A stretch of 64,000 bases of DNA from Chlorobiota bacterium (lineage in GTDB: Bacteria; Bacteroidota; Bacteroidia; Bacteroidales; F082): the NCBI GenBank assembly GCA_013151215.1, contig JAADIS010000129.1, positions 571 through 64,570 on the forward strand. Reading direction: 5' to 3'. The translations under genes were made by a program, and so were the position numbers. Below, piece after piece: positions 53,377 through 63,293 of the stretch. How positions within the stretch are numbered: the first letter of the stretch is position 1; each line of letters starts with the position of its first letter. The notes under the pieces were generated by a model. That model did not search any database. It worked only from the letters and a program-made list of their open reading frames with translations, and was not told the origin of the DNA.

Positions 53377-54897
53377 GTGAAAATACTGAAATTTGTTAAA
53401 ATATTACTTTTAGTTGCTTTTGCCATTCAAAGCGTTTTGGTTTTTTCGCAGAAGGAAAGCAAAAAAAAGCCAAATGGATATAATGTGTTCTACTATGAAA
53501 ACGGTAATATTTCCAGCGAGGGAAGCATGCGCAACGGCAAACCCGACGGGTACTGGAAAAATTATTATGAAAATGCCATATTAAAATCCGAGGGGAACAG
53601 AAAAGATTACCTGCTCGACAGCATTTGGAAATTTTATGGTGAAGAAGGAAAATTAAACCTTGAAATAAGCTATAAAAACGGCAAAAAAAATGGTTTCAGG
53701 ACTACTTATCAGGAAAATGAAATTTTAAAGGATTATTTTGTCGATGACGTAAAACAAAATTTTTCAATGGTCTTGTTTCCCGATGGGAAGATAAAGCTTA
53801 AAATCCCATTTATCGACGGATTGGAGCAAGGATTGGCAAGAGAATACGACACCAATGGCAACATCATACAGTTAATAACTTATAAAAAAGGTTATATTGT
53901 TGGACGAGAGCGCATTAACAGATACGATGCTGATACTTTGCCCAACGGGAAATGGAAATGGTTTTATGAAGACGAAACAATCCGGAAGGAAGGCAATTTC
54001 AAGCATGGCCTTAAAAACGGATATTTCAAGGAATACGACAAAAACGGTGATTTGGTTTCGGCAACAAAATTTGTGAATGGCGAGAAAATTGAGAAAGCCG
54101 AAGAGCTTGCAAAACTTGATATAAGAACTGATTATTATCCTTCGGGAAAGGTTAAGATTATTGCCACCTACGACAAAAACGGAATTCCTGAAGGTGTCAG
54201 GCGCGAGTATGACGAAAAGGGAAAAGTGGAAAAATCCTATATTTTCCTTCACGGGAAAATTATCGGGGAAGGTATTTTTACCGATGCCGGTTTGCGAGAG
54301 GGTTTTTGGAAAGAATATTATCCTGACGGAAAACTAAAGGCCAGCGGTAATTATAAGTCCGACAACAAAGTAGGAAACTGGAAATTCTATTATCCCAACG
54401 GGCATTTGGAACAGCTCGGGAAATTTATAGATGGTAAAGCCGACAGCTCATGGGTTTGGTATTACCCTAACGGAAAACTGCTCAGGGAAGAGACTTTTTT
54501 GAACGGGCTTTCCGATGGTGTTATGACAGAATATAATATGGACGGCAGCATAATTATCCAGGGCGATTATATAGAAGGCAAGGAAGAAGGTTTTTGGTTT
54601 TATGTTTATGGCGATACCAGGGAGGAAGGCGAATATGCCGAAGGGATGCGCAACGGTAAATGGAAATCGTTTTACGCTGACGGAAGTCTAATGTTCGAGG
54701 GTAAATTTGTTGACGACCTGCCAAACGGGGAGCATACATGGTATTGGGACAACGGTAAAATAAAGCAACAGGGCAGATATTCAATGGGACGTAAAAACGG
54801 CGAGTGGAAAAAATTCGATTATAATGGGGCGTTGTTCATAAGTATATCATATAGAGCGGGTAAAGAGGTTAAATATGATGGTATAGATGTGGATTAA
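53377..54897 (+). CDS. MORN-repeat-variant (YwqK-like) repeat protein, secreted
   Basis: 506 aa with a GTG start and a signal peptide. It carries about 18 repeats of the form YY.NG.(L/I)..EG....GK..G.W..YY. Confidence 0.8.
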   Translation: MKILKFVKILLLVAFAIQSVLVFSQKESKKKPNGYNVFYYENGNISSEGSMRNGKPDGYWKNYYENAILKSEGNRKDYLLDSIWKFYGEEGKLNLEISYKNGKKNGFRTTYQENEILKDYFVDDVKQNFSMVLFPDGKIKLKIPFIDGLEQGLAREYDTNGNIIQLITYKKGYIVGRERINRYDADTLPNGKWKWFYEDETIRKEGNFKHGLKNGYFKEYDKNGDLVSATKFVNGEKIEKAEELAKLDIRTDYYPSGKVKIIATYDKNGIPEGVRREYDEKGKVEKSYIFLHGKIIGEGIFTDAGLREGFWKEYYPDGKLKASGNYKSDNKVGNWKFYYPNGHLEQLGKFIDGKADSSWVWYYPNGKLLREETFLNGLSDGVMTEYNMDGSIIIQGDYIEGKEEGFWFYVYGDTREEGEYAEGMRNGKWKSFYADGSLMFEGKFVDDLPNGEHTWYWDNGKIKQQGRYSMGRKNGEWKKFDYNGALFISISYRAGKEVKYDGIDVD

Positions 54898-55001
54898 GCA
54901 TTAATCCCACAAATAACAAAAACCTAATGTTAATCATCTAACAAAAATCATCCTAAAGATAAATTAATTTTTATATTCGCAGTTCAAAAAAACTTAACGC
55001 T

Positions 55002-55586
55002 ATGAAAAAAGTATTATTTATTGTTATCGCACTTGCTTTTATCACTGTTTCATGTGAGAATGCAACAAAAAAAACTGAAGAAAACACTAATACCCAACAA
55101 GTTGTAGCCGATGAGGCCGTTGATGTAAGCATGGCTGACTTCGATTCGCTTGTTGATGGCCTGGTTGGACGCAAAGTTAACATTTCGGGATTGGTGGATC
55201 ATGTTTGTTCGCATGGCGGACAGAAAATGTTTATTGTGGATGCAAATTCGGATGCCAGAATTAAAATTACACCAAATGAGGAACTTGCTGCTTTTAATAC
55301 CGAACTTGTTGGCGAAACCGTAAAAATTACCGGTATCGTAGAGGAAATGCGTGTTGACGAAGACTATCTCAAAGAATGGGAAGCAGAAGTAAACCAAGGT
55401 ATGACGGGCGAGGGAAACGGTAAAAAGGAAAGTGCCGACCCTAAAGACCACGGAGGTAACGAAAAAGCAAATTCCGAGCTGGAACAAATAGAACGGATGC
55501 GCTCAAAAATAGCAGAATCCGACAAAGGTTATCTGTCGTTTTACTCAATATCGGCCAACGAATATTCTATCTTTAAAATAGACTAA
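55002..55586 (+). CDS. Hypothetical lipoprotein
   Basis: 194 aa with a lipobox ALAFITVSC, an OB-like central segment and an acidic/Lys-rich tail. No family was recognised. Confidence 0.6.
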   Translation: MKKVLFIVIALAFITVSCENATKKTEENTNTQQVVADEAVDVSMADFDSLVDGLVGRKVNISGLVDHVCSHGGQKMFIVDANSDARIKITPNEELAAFNTELVGETVKITGIVEEMRVDEDYLKEWEAEVNQGMTGEGNGKKESADPKDHGGNEKANSELEQIERMRSKIAESDKGYLSFYSISANEYSIFKID

Positions 55587-55595
55587 ACAGTATTT

Positions 55596-56150
55596 ATGAC
55601 ATTTAAGTGGAGAAAATGGAACAGGGTCGTCCATCGCGATTTTGGGTATCTTTTCCTTGGCATGACCCTAATTTATGCTATCTCGGGCATTGCCATAAAC
55701 CATTTGGGCGATTGGAACCCGAACTATATTATTACTAACGAGGAGTTTCAAATTAATCCTTTGAAGGAAAAGCCCGACAGGGCCCGTGTAAAGGAAATAC
55801 TTGAGGATATCAATGACGACCTGGATTATAAAAACCATTATTTCCCGAACAGCAGTTATCTAAAGATTTTTGTGAAAGACGGAACAGTATTGGTAAATAT
55901 GGAAACAGGCGAGGGTTTAATGGAGGTAAACAGCCGCCGCCCGCTTTTTCGCGAAGTAAATTATCTGCATTACAACCCCATTAAATACTGGACTTATTTT
56001 TCCGATATTTTTGCCGGCGCCCTGATAATTCTTGCGCTGTCCGGAATATTTATACCTCGCGGAAAACAAGGTATCAGCGGCCGGGGGGCGTGGATGAGCA
56101 TAATTGGAATACTTGTCCCCGTAATTTATTTATTTATCTATTTTTACTGA
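55596..56150 (+). CDS. PepSY-associated TM-helix family membrane protein
   Basis: 184 aa. WRKWNRVVHRDFGYLFLGMTLIYAISGIAINH and the C-terminal helices match the PepSY_TM-like pattern. Confidence 0.7.
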   Translation: MTFKWRKWNRVVHRDFGYLFLGMTLIYAISGIAINHLGDWNPNYIITNEEFQINPLKEKPDRARVKEILEDINDDLDYKNHYFPNSSYLKIFVKDGTVLVNMETGEGLMEVNSRRPLFREVNYLHYNPIKYWTYFSDIFAGALIILALSGIFIPRGKQGISGRGAWMSIIGILVPVIYLFIYFY

Positions 56151-56152
56151 TT

Positions 56153-56332
56153 ATGAACGAATACATAACAATTGTTGTTTTTATTGTCTGGTATGTGCTG
56201 TCACTGGTGGTATCGGAAAATATAGGCAAAAAGAGCAAGATAGGAACCGAATGGTCTTTCTTCATAAGTTTTATGCTTAGCCCCATTGTTGGATATATTG
56301 TTTCGAGATTCAGTAAAAAAAGCGTATTATGA
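56153..56332 (+). CDS. Small two-helix membrane protein
   Basis: ATG 56153 gives MNEYITIVVFIVWYVLSLVV. It lies 2 nt after the previous stop, and its own stop overlaps the next start as ATGA. Confidence 0.4.
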   Translation: MNEYITIVVFIVWYVLSLVVSENIGKKSKIGTEWSFFISFMLSPIVGYIVSRFSKKSVL

Positions 56333-57066
56333 TAAAATCCTTCATAAGGAAAGTTTTAACTGTTTGCAGGATAGATTTAACAAAAAATTTAAAATACGAC
56401 AGGCTTACCATAAACATCATGAAAACTATCTTGAAAAAAGATTCCAATTGTATTGATGTTGGTTGCCACAAAGGGGAAATGCTGGATTTAATGCTTAAAT
56501 TTTCTCCCGATGGGGTGCATCATGGTTTTGAACCGATTCCGGTGCTGTTCGATAAACTAACTGAAAAATACTCTAAAAAGGCCAAAATCCTCCCGTTTGC
56601 CCTGAGCGATAAAAAGGGAAGCACCACTTTTAATTATGTTAAAAACGCACCTGCCTACAGTGGTATAAAAAAGCGTCGCTATGATATTAAAAATCCGGAG
56701 ATAGAACAAATTAAAGTAGAACTGGAAACGCTTGACAATCTTATTGATGACGATTTTAAGGTTGATTTGATCAAGATTGATGTTGAAGGTGCTGAGCTGG
56801 GGGTTTTAAAAGGTGCAAAAAAAACTATAATACATAATAAACCATGTATAATTTTCGAGTTCGGATTGGGGGCGAGTGATTATTACGGCACGAAACCGGA
56901 GGACATCCATCATTTGCTCGTTGACGAATGCGGCTTGGAGATTTATAAGCTCAAGGCCTGGACGAACAATAAAAAGCCGATGTCACTGGAGCAACTTGTC
57001 CGGGCATATAATAAGGAGGGGGAATATTATTTTATTGCTTATAACAAAAAACGTTCGGATTTATAA
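56329..57066 (+). CDS. FkbM-family SAM-dependent methyltransferase
   Basis: 245 aa with CIDVGCHKGEMLD and LIKIDVEGAELGVLKGAKKTI, which are typical of Methyltransf_21/FkbM. Confidence 0.82.
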   Translation: MIKSFIRKVLTVCRIDLTKNLKYDRLTINIMKTILKKDSNCIDVGCHKGEMLDLMLKFSPDGVHHGFEPIPVLFDKLTEKYSKKAKILPFALSDKKGSTTFNYVKNAPAYSGIKKRRYDIKNPEIEQIKVELETLDNLIDDDFKVDLIKIDVEGAELGVLKGAKKTIIHNKPCIIFEFGLGASDYYGTKPEDIHHLLVDECGLEIYKLKAWTNNKKPMSLEQLVRAYNKEGEYYFIAYNKKRSDL

Positions 57067-57091
57067 ACGAACGTTTTTTGTTTAATCTAAA

Positions 57092-57589
57092 TTATAAAGC
57101 CGCAATTGCAGCCTCGTAATCAGGTTCGTCTACAATTTCGCCAACTTGTTCGGTATATTTAACATAACCATCTTCGTCAATAACAACAACTGCTCTCGAT
57201 TCAAGTCCTGCCAAAGGACCGTCAACAATCTCAACACCATATGCCCTACCGAATTCCCCATTACGGAAATCAGAGAAATTATGTACGTTTTCCAAACCTT
57301 CGGCCCCACAGAAACGTGCCTGTGCAAAAGGAAGGTCTTTCGAAATGCATAGCACCACGGTGTTTTCCAAATTTGATGCTTCTTGGTTAAACCTCCTCAC
57401 CGATGCCGCACATGTGCCGGTATCTAGGCTGGGGAAAATATTCAAGACGATTTTCTTACCCTTGTAATCTTCCAAGCCACCTACAGATAAGTCGTTTTTA
57501 ACTAAACTGAACCCGGGAGCTTTGCTTCCCACTTCGGGCAGCTTACCGATAGTGTTTATAGGGTTTCCTTTTAATGTTATTTGTGCCAT
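57092..57589 (-). CDS. tpx: Thiol peroxidase (atypical 2-Cys peroxiredoxin)
   Basis: ATG 57589 gives [13 protein letters not shown]. It has [17 protein letters not shown] and the resolving-Cys block [11 protein letters not shown]. Confidence 0.93.
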   Translation of the reverse strand: MAQITLKGNPINTIGKLPEVGSKAPGFSLVKNDLSVGGLEDYKGKKIVLNIFPSLDTGTCAASVRRFNQEASNLENTVVLCISKDLPFAQARFCGAEGLENVHNFSDFRNGEFGRAYGVEIVDGPLAGLESRAVVVIDEDGYVKYTEQVGEIVDEPDYEAAIAAL

Positions 57590-57658
57590 TTTCTTCTGAA
57601 ATTTAAAATTTAGGCGGCAAAAATAATCTAATTTAGAACGAATCTTAATAAACAATAG

Positions 57659-58795
57659 TTAAAAAACAAAAAAATCAGAAGCGATTCCGTCGGCGAACAA
57701 TTTGGCTTGTTTGCTAAGTTTATAAACGCTTTCCGTTTTGAGCAGTTTATTGTTCAGAATATGCTTTTCGGCTTCTTTCTCAAAAAGTTTCACGAAGCTA
57801 TCACCGAAAACATTCTTGATATGCAGGGTATCGCAGCCCCAGGAAGTTCTTAATGACGTCATTACATACTCGTTATATTGCTGTTGGATAGTTAGGGTTT
57901 CTTTTTCCCTGACAATTTTATCCACGGTATCCGATTCAACATATTGTTTCATATTCGACACGTTCCATTGCCGTGTTTTACCGTTAAAGCTATGCGCCGA
58001 CGGGCCAAAACCCGAATAATGGCCCCCCAGCCAATAAATGCTGTTATGTTTCGAATAATGACCCTCGCGGGCGAAATTTGAGATTTCATAATGTATGAAT
58101 GCATGCTTGTCAGATTCTTCCTGAAGGATTTCGAAATGCCTTATGCTTTCTTCCTCAACGATATTTTTTATCTTGTTTTTGTTTATAAGCGCGTTCAGGG
58201 CCGTTTTTGGCTCCACCGTCAAAGAATAGGACGAGAGGTGTTTAATGTTGAAATCGAAAAATATTCTGAGGTTTTCCCTCCATTTCTTTTCCGTCAGCCC
58301 CGGAATACCGTAAATTAAGTCAACGGTCATATTGTGGAACCCGGCTTTTATGGCGTTTTCAATTGAATCGATTGCGTGTTTTGAATTATGGATCCTGTTT
58401 AAATACAACAAATCGTCATCGAAAAAACTCTGGACCCCAATGCTCAGGCGGTTGATGGGAGTATGTTTTTTTAGATCATGGATTTTTTCTGCGTTCAAGT
58501 CATCTGGATTTGCTTCGAGGGTGGTTTCTGTTTCATCGCTTAAATCAAAAACATCGCCCAAGTGCTGAATAATTTTGTTCAATTCATCGATGTTCAACAA
58601 CGAAGGTGTTCCGCCGCCGAAATAAACAGTGTTGATTTTTTCTTTTCCCAGAAAGTTTTTTCGTAAGTTTATCTCATTTAGAAGAGCGTCAACAAACAGT
58701 TCGCGGTAGTTATTTGACGCAAAGGAATAAAAATTGCAATAATGGCATTTCTGTTTGCAATAAGGTATGTGGATATAAATACCGGCCAAGCTCAA
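57659..58795 (-). CDS. hemW: Radical SAM heme chaperone HemW (HemN-like, oxygen-independent coproporphyrinogen oxidase family)
   Basis: 378 aa with IYIHIPYCKQKCHYCNF (CxxxCxxC), YFGGGTPS and RLSIGVQSF. The apparent TTG start overlaps the upstream stop as TTGA. Confidence 0.9.
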   Translation of the reverse strand: MSLAGIYIHIPYCKQKCHYCNFYSFASNNYRELFVDALLNEINLRKNFLGKEKINTVYFGGGTPSLLNIDELNKIIQHLGDVFDLSDETETTLEANPDDLNAEKIHDLKKHTPINRLSIGVQSFFDDDLLYLNRIHNSKHAIDSIENAIKAGFHNMTVDLIYGIPGLTEKKWRENLRIFFDFNIKHLSSYSLTVEPKTALNALINKNKIKNIVEEESIRHFEILQEESDKHAFIHYEISNFAREGHYSKHNSIYWLGGHYSGFGPSAHSFNGKTRQWNVSNMKQYVESDTVDKIVREKETLTIQQQYNEYVMTSLRTSWGCDTLHIKNVFGDSFVKLFEKEAEKHILNNKLLKTESVYKLSKQAKLFADGIASDFFVF

Positions 58796-59427
58796 AAGTA
58801 TTTATCGATCGACTCGTCAAAAGCAGGTTTTGGGTTGTCGGCATTAAAATCGCTATATCGTTGTTTTAATTTATTTGTCAGTTCAATGCCGCTTAAATAA
58901 TTAACATAAAAATACACATCGTCTATGGTGTTCAGTACACTTCCGTTTTTATCTTCCAGGTTCAATAAAAACGAATCCCCCTTTTGCGGTTTATCGCTTA
59001 AATATTTTCTTTTGAGTTGATTTACGATTTTTGATTTTTCGTTATTCGAAAGCATCCCGGAGGAGGAAACCTTGTTGCTTACGAAAAAGAAATCGTTATA
59101 AATAAAATGAAACTGGATTAAAAACCTATAAAACTCGACATCTTCTTTATAGAACAAAACCCTGTGCCCCTTAATTACCTCTGAATTGTCGTGTATATAA
59201 ACCGGGTTTTCCATGGCATTGATAATCATCTTTTCGCTTAAGTTGAGCAATGGCAAGTCTTTGAACTTTATTTCATCCCTAACCTTCTCTTCTATGGTGT
59301 CGCCGCCTTTTTTGGGGTTTAATATCTTTATCAGGTCCTCGCTAGTGTGAATTAAACATTCCCTTATGTAATAAGTTGATTTTACGGTTGTTGGTTTATA
59401 CTTCTTCGATTTGAGAAATGAGAACAT
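58792..59427 (-). CDS. Hypothetical protein, paralogue A (family not recognised)
   Basis: 211 aa with no signal peptide. It is clearly homologous to 59531..60142 (LIQFHFIYNDFFFVSNKVSS vs LMQFHFCKENFLFVNNLVKS; C-termini DESIDKYF vs DSKIDEFF). A minus-strand TAGATTTG box lies at 59483..59476. Confidence 0.65.
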   Translation of the reverse strand: MFSFLKSKKYKPTTVKSTYYIRECLIHTSEDLIKILNPKKGGDTIEEKVRDEIKFKDLPLLNLSEKMIINAMENPVYIHDNSEVIKGHRVLFYKEDVEFYRFLIQFHFIYNDFFFVSNKVSSSGMLSNNEKSKIVNQLKRKYLSDKPQKGDSFLLNLEDKNGSVLNTIDDVYFYVNYLSGIELTNKLKQRYSDFNADNPKPAFDESIDKYF

Positions 59428-59530
59428 AATTAAGTGTCAGATTTGAATGATGTATAAATAATAAATACCCCCATGCAAATCTAAATAAAAATGACGAAAA
59501 ATCACCAAAAAAGAGAGCAAAGACTGTTTT

Positions 59531-60142
59531 TTAAAAGAACTCATCAATTTTGGAATCCAAAGTCGAAGAGGATTGGTGGGCGTTAGTGTTTATAAGGCCT
59601 TTTAAGGCCGAGGAGTTGTAAATGTATGAGATGGAAAAATTGACCTCATCTTTCGAGAACAAAAAGTTACCGGTTTTATCGGTAATTTTAATGTTCAGGC
59701 CTTTATCGAGATCAAGTGCGATATCCGGAAAATATTTGTTTTGAATCCTTTTCAATATGTCCCTTTTGTCTTCAAGGACAAGAATATATGATGATTTTAC
59801 TAAGTTGTTCACAAACAGGAAATTCTCTTTGCAAAAATGGAACTGCATCAGAAAATTGAATTTATCGACCGAATGCCTGTAAAAATAAATCTCGTAATTA
59901 CTTATTTGTTCGAGATTGTCGATAATCTTGACCGGATCCCCGATAGCCTCTATTAATGCTTTTTTATTGATGTCGGACAAAGCAAGATTATTGAACCTGA
60001 TTAGTTCTTTGGTTTTGAATTCTTGCTTTGCGCCCGGAGAATAAATATCCCCCAAGTCCTTTAAGGTGTGCACAAGGTTTTCCCTGTCAAAATATGAAGC
60101 TGCACGAGTTGATTTGTTTTTTTTTGGTCCGAAGAGTCCCAT
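59531..60142 (-). CDS. Hypothetical protein, paralogue B (family not recognised)
   Basis: 203 aa and homologous to 58792..59427 over its full length. A minus-strand TACATTTG box lies at 60200..60193, about 50 nt upstream of the ATG. Confidence 0.65.
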   Translation of the reverse strand: MGLFGPKKNKSTRAASYFDRENLVHTLKDLGDIYSPGAKQEFKTKELIRFNNLALSDINKKALIEAIGDPVKIIDNLEQISNYEIYFYRHSVDKFNFLMQFHFCKENFLFVNNLVKSSYILVLEDKRDILKRIQNKYFPDIALDLDKGLNIKITDKTGNFLFSKDEVNFSISYIYNSSALKGLINTNAHQSSSTLDSKIDEFF

Positions 60143-60280
60143 TATTCTAGTTATTAAATATTTAGTTGGTTATTTAATTTTGATAAACTTCACAAATGTA
60201 AAAAAAATTCAATAGGAGAAAATGTTTTATGTTTAATTGTCCATTAATAATGAAGGTATGCAATATTGACTAAAGATTAG

Positions 60281-60288
60281 TACTTTTG
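60281..60288 (+). promoter_or_regulatory. Bacteroidota -7 promoter box (TAnnTTTG) for gcvP
   Basis: tacttttg lies 68 nt upstream of ATG 60357. Confidence 0.3.
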
Positions 60289-60356
60289 CCGCCGATTGTT
60301 TATTAAATAACAACACTAAAGGAAATAGAAATTTTTCAAAAAAACATTTTTTGATA

Positions 60357-63236
60357 ATGAGCAATAACACTTTTTTAAAACGCCATAACGGACCGTCGTC
60401 CCAAGACGTTGAACGCATGTTAAAGAGCATGGGCCTGAATTCGGTGGATCAACTAATCGATGAGACCGTTCCATCGAAAATTCGATTTCAAAAACCGTTG
60501 GATATTGAAGCGGGTATGAGTGAGCGCGAATATTTTGAGCACATCAAAGAGGTTTCGAAAAAGAACAAGGTTTTCAAATCTTTTATCGGGCTTGGTTATT
60601 ATAACAGCATAACTCCTTCGGTAATAATGCGCAACATATTCGAAAACCCTGGATGGTACACATCTTATACGCCGTATCAGGCCGAGATTTCGCAAGGCCG
60701 CCTGGAAGCATTGCTGAATTTTCAAACTATGGTTTCTGATTTAACCGCCCTTCCCCTGGCTAACTCGTCTCTTCTTGACGAGGCTACGGCAGCCGCAGAG
60801 GCCATGATAATGTTTTTTCATGCCAGGCCGAGGGCAAAGGTAAAATCAAACGCCAATACATTCCTTGTTTCCGACCGGATGTTTAAACAAACCATCGACG
60901 TACTTAAAATAAGGGCTGAGTCAAAAGGGATTAATCTTGTCATCACCGATCGGACCAACTTTAATTTCACTGAAGATGTTTATGGGTGCATGATTCAATA
61001 TCCCGACCAAAAAGGAGAAATAGACGATCATAGCGATATAGCCAAAAAAGCAAATGAAGCCGGAATTCCTTTAGCTGTTGCCGCCGATTTAATGAGCCTT
61101 GTACTTCTTTCGCCTCCAGGCGAATGGGGTGCAAGTGTGGTTTTCGGAAGTTCACAACGGTTTGGTGTCCCATTGGGATTTGGCGGACCGCATGCTGCAT
61201 ATTTTGCTACAACAGAAGATTATAAAAGATATCTGCCCGGTCGTATAATCGGGATCTCCAAGGACAAAAACGGTAATCATGCATTACGGATGGCCTTGCA
61301 AACCCGCGAGCAACACATTAAGCGCGAAAAAGCAACCTCGAATATTTGTACAGCCCAGGCATTGCTCGCTATAATGTCCGGTTTTTATGGTCTTTATCAT
61401 GGAAAAAACGGTTTGAAGCAAATTGCTGTTAAAATTCACTCCCTTGCTGTTGATTTATCGGAAACAATAACAAAAATGGGCTATAAACAGTTGAACAACA
61501 ACTATTTTGACACTCTCTACATTGAACTTCCAAAAGACGTTTCCATTAAAGATATTGAATCAATCGCTCTTGAACAGCAAATTAATTTTAGATATTTCCA
61601 AGACGGGAAACATCTTGGAATCAGCATTGACGAAACCACAACCACCAAGGATGTGGCTATTATTGCAGCAATATTGGCAAAAGCGGTAAAAGTTGATAAA
61701 TTCCAACTTGAATTTGCCGGAAGTGAGAAAAACCAGAATAAATATATTCCCGCCAAACTTATTAGGAAATCATCATTTATGGATCACGAGATTTTTAATA
61801 AATATCATTCGGAGACACAAATGATGCGTTATATGACCAAATTGGAACATAAGGATTTGGCGTTGAACCGGACTATGATCCCACTCGGGTCATGCACAAT
61901 GAAACTTAATGCCGCGACGGAATTGATGCCCATTTCCTGGTCTGAATTTACTGATATCCATCCTTTTGTTCCCAAGAATCAGGCTGGTGGATATTATCAT
62001 GTGATAAACGAAATGGAAAGGATCTTATGTGAGATTACCGGCTTTGCAGCAATGTCCTTCCAGCCAAACTCGGGTGCTGCCGGCGAATATACCGGTTTGA
62101 TGACGATAAAGAAATATCAAGAAAGCATAGGTCAGGGACATCGCGACATTTGTCTGATTCCGGCTTCCGCCCATGGTACCAATCCTGCAAGTTCGGCAAT
62201 GGCCGGATATAAAGTTGTTGTTGTTAAAACCGATGAAAACGGAAATGTCAATCTTGACGACCTTAAAGAAAAGGCCGAGGCCAACAAGGAGATGCTTGCC
62301 GCAATGATGATTACTTATCCCAGTACTCATGGTGTATTCGAAGTGGGCATTAGGGATCTTATTTCCATTATCCATGAAAATGGCGGACAAGTTTATATGG
62401 ACGGTGCAAATATGAACGCACAGGTCGGTTTAACAAGTCCAGGTTTTATTGGCGCCGATGTTTGTCACTTGAATTTACATAAAACATTTGCTATTCCGCA
62501 TGGAGGTGGCGGCCCCGGCGTTGGTCCTATTGGTGTTGCAAGCCACTTGAAACCGTTTTTACCGGGTCATGTTTATGCAGAAACCGACGGAAAAAACGCA
62601 ATGAACGCCATTGCTGCGGCACCTTTTGGCAGCGCATTGGTCTTGCTGATCTCTTATGCATATTTGAAACTTTTAGGAGGCGAAGGCTTAACAGAAGCCA
62701 CGAAAATGGCAATATTTAACGCCAATTACCTGAAAGAAAAACTAAAAGCACATTATCCTATTTTATATACCGGTGAAAATGGTCATGTAGGTCATGAGAT
62801 GATTCTGGATTGCAATGAATTCAGCAAGACTGCCGATATTGCTGTTATCGATATTGCCAAGCGATTAATGGATTACGGTTTTCATGCTCCCACCGTTGCA
62901 TTTCCGGTTCATGGGACGCTGATGGTTGAACCAACCGAAAGCGAGCCCCTGGAAGAGCTTGATCGTTTTGTTGAAGCAATGATTGCGATTCGTAATGAAA
63001 TTAAACAAATAGAAGAAGGTGATTCCGAAAAGAAAAACAATTTGGTTTATAACGCCCCGCATACGGCAGAGGAACTTATAACTGATAATTGGGCCTATCC
63101 ATATTCACGTGAAGAGGCTGCTTATCCTTTGGAATGGGTAAAGGACGGTAAATATTTTACCCCCGTTGCAAAAGTTGACGATGCCTATGGCGACAGAAAC
63201 CTTTGTTCCTGTTTGCCGATAGATGAGTATTTATAA
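60357..63236 (+). CDS. gcvP: Glycine dehydrogenase (decarboxylating), single-chain P protein
   Basis: About 959 aa from MSNNTFLKRHNGPS. It has YTPYQAEISQGRLEALLNFQTMV and the PLP-lysine block HLNLHKTFAIPHGGGGPG. Confidence 0.96.
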   Translation: MSNNTFLKRHNGPSSQDVERMLKSMGLNSVDQLIDETVPSKIRFQKPLDIEAGMSEREYFEHIKEVSKKNKVFKSFIGLGYYNSITPSVIMRNIFENPGWYTSYTPYQAEISQGRLEALLNFQTMVSDLTALPLANSSLLDEATAAAEAMIMFFHARPRAKVKSNANTFLVSDRMFKQTIDVLKIRAESKGINLVITDRTNFNFTEDVYGCMIQYPDQKGEIDDHSDIAKKANEAGIPLAVAADLMSLVLLSPPGEWGASVVFGSSQRFGVPLGFGGPHAAYFATTEDYKRYLPGRIIGISKDKNGNHALRMALQTREQHIKREKATSNICTAQALLAIMSGFYGLYHGKNGLKQIAVKIHSLAVDLSETITKMGYKQLNNNYFDTLYIELPKDVSIKDIESIALEQQINFRYFQDGKHLGISIDETTTTKDVAIIAAILAKAVKVDKFQLEFAGSEKNQNKYIPAKLIRKSSFMDHEIFNKYHSETQMMRYMTKLEHKDLALNRTMIPLGSCTMKLNAATELMPISWSEFTDIHPFVPKNQAGGYYHVINEMERILCEITGFAAMSFQPNSGAAGEYTGLMTIKKYQESIGQGHRDICLIPASAHGTNPASSAMAGYKVVVVKTDENGNVNLDDLKEKAEANKEMLAAMMITYPSTHGVFEVGIRDLISIIHENGGQVYMDGANMNAQVGLTSPGFIGADVCHLNLHKTFAIPHGGGGPGVGPIGVASHLKPFLPGHVYAETDGKNAMNAIAAAPFGSALVLLISYAYLKLLGGEGLTEATKMAIFNANYLKEKLKAHYPILYTGENGHVGHEMILDCNEFSKTADIAVIDIAKRLMDYGFHAPTVAFPVHGTLMVEPTESEPLEELDRFVEAMIAIRNEIKQIEEGDSEKKNNLVYNAPHTAEELITDNWAYPYSREEAAYPLEWVKDGKYFTPVAKVDDAYGDRNLCSCLPIDEYL

Positions 63237-63243
63237 AAATAAA

Positions 63244-63280
63244 GCCCGCTTGGATTCAATTAATTCAAGCGGGCCTTTTT
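63244..63280 (+). terminator. Rho-independent terminator after gcvP
   Basis: 9-bp GC-rich stem gcccgcttg/caagcgggc followed by cTTTTT, between convergent genes. Confidence 0.75.
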
Positions 63281-63293
63281 ATTTTATCGGCTT

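Noticed and set aside
60143-60356. Looked for a glycine riboswitch upstream of gcvP.
   Set aside because: I could not find the conserved GGAGAG...CACCG/ACCGAAGGGGCA-type cores or tandem aptamer architecture. The region is AT-rich with only a TAnnTTTG box. An Infernal scan with RF00504 would settle it.
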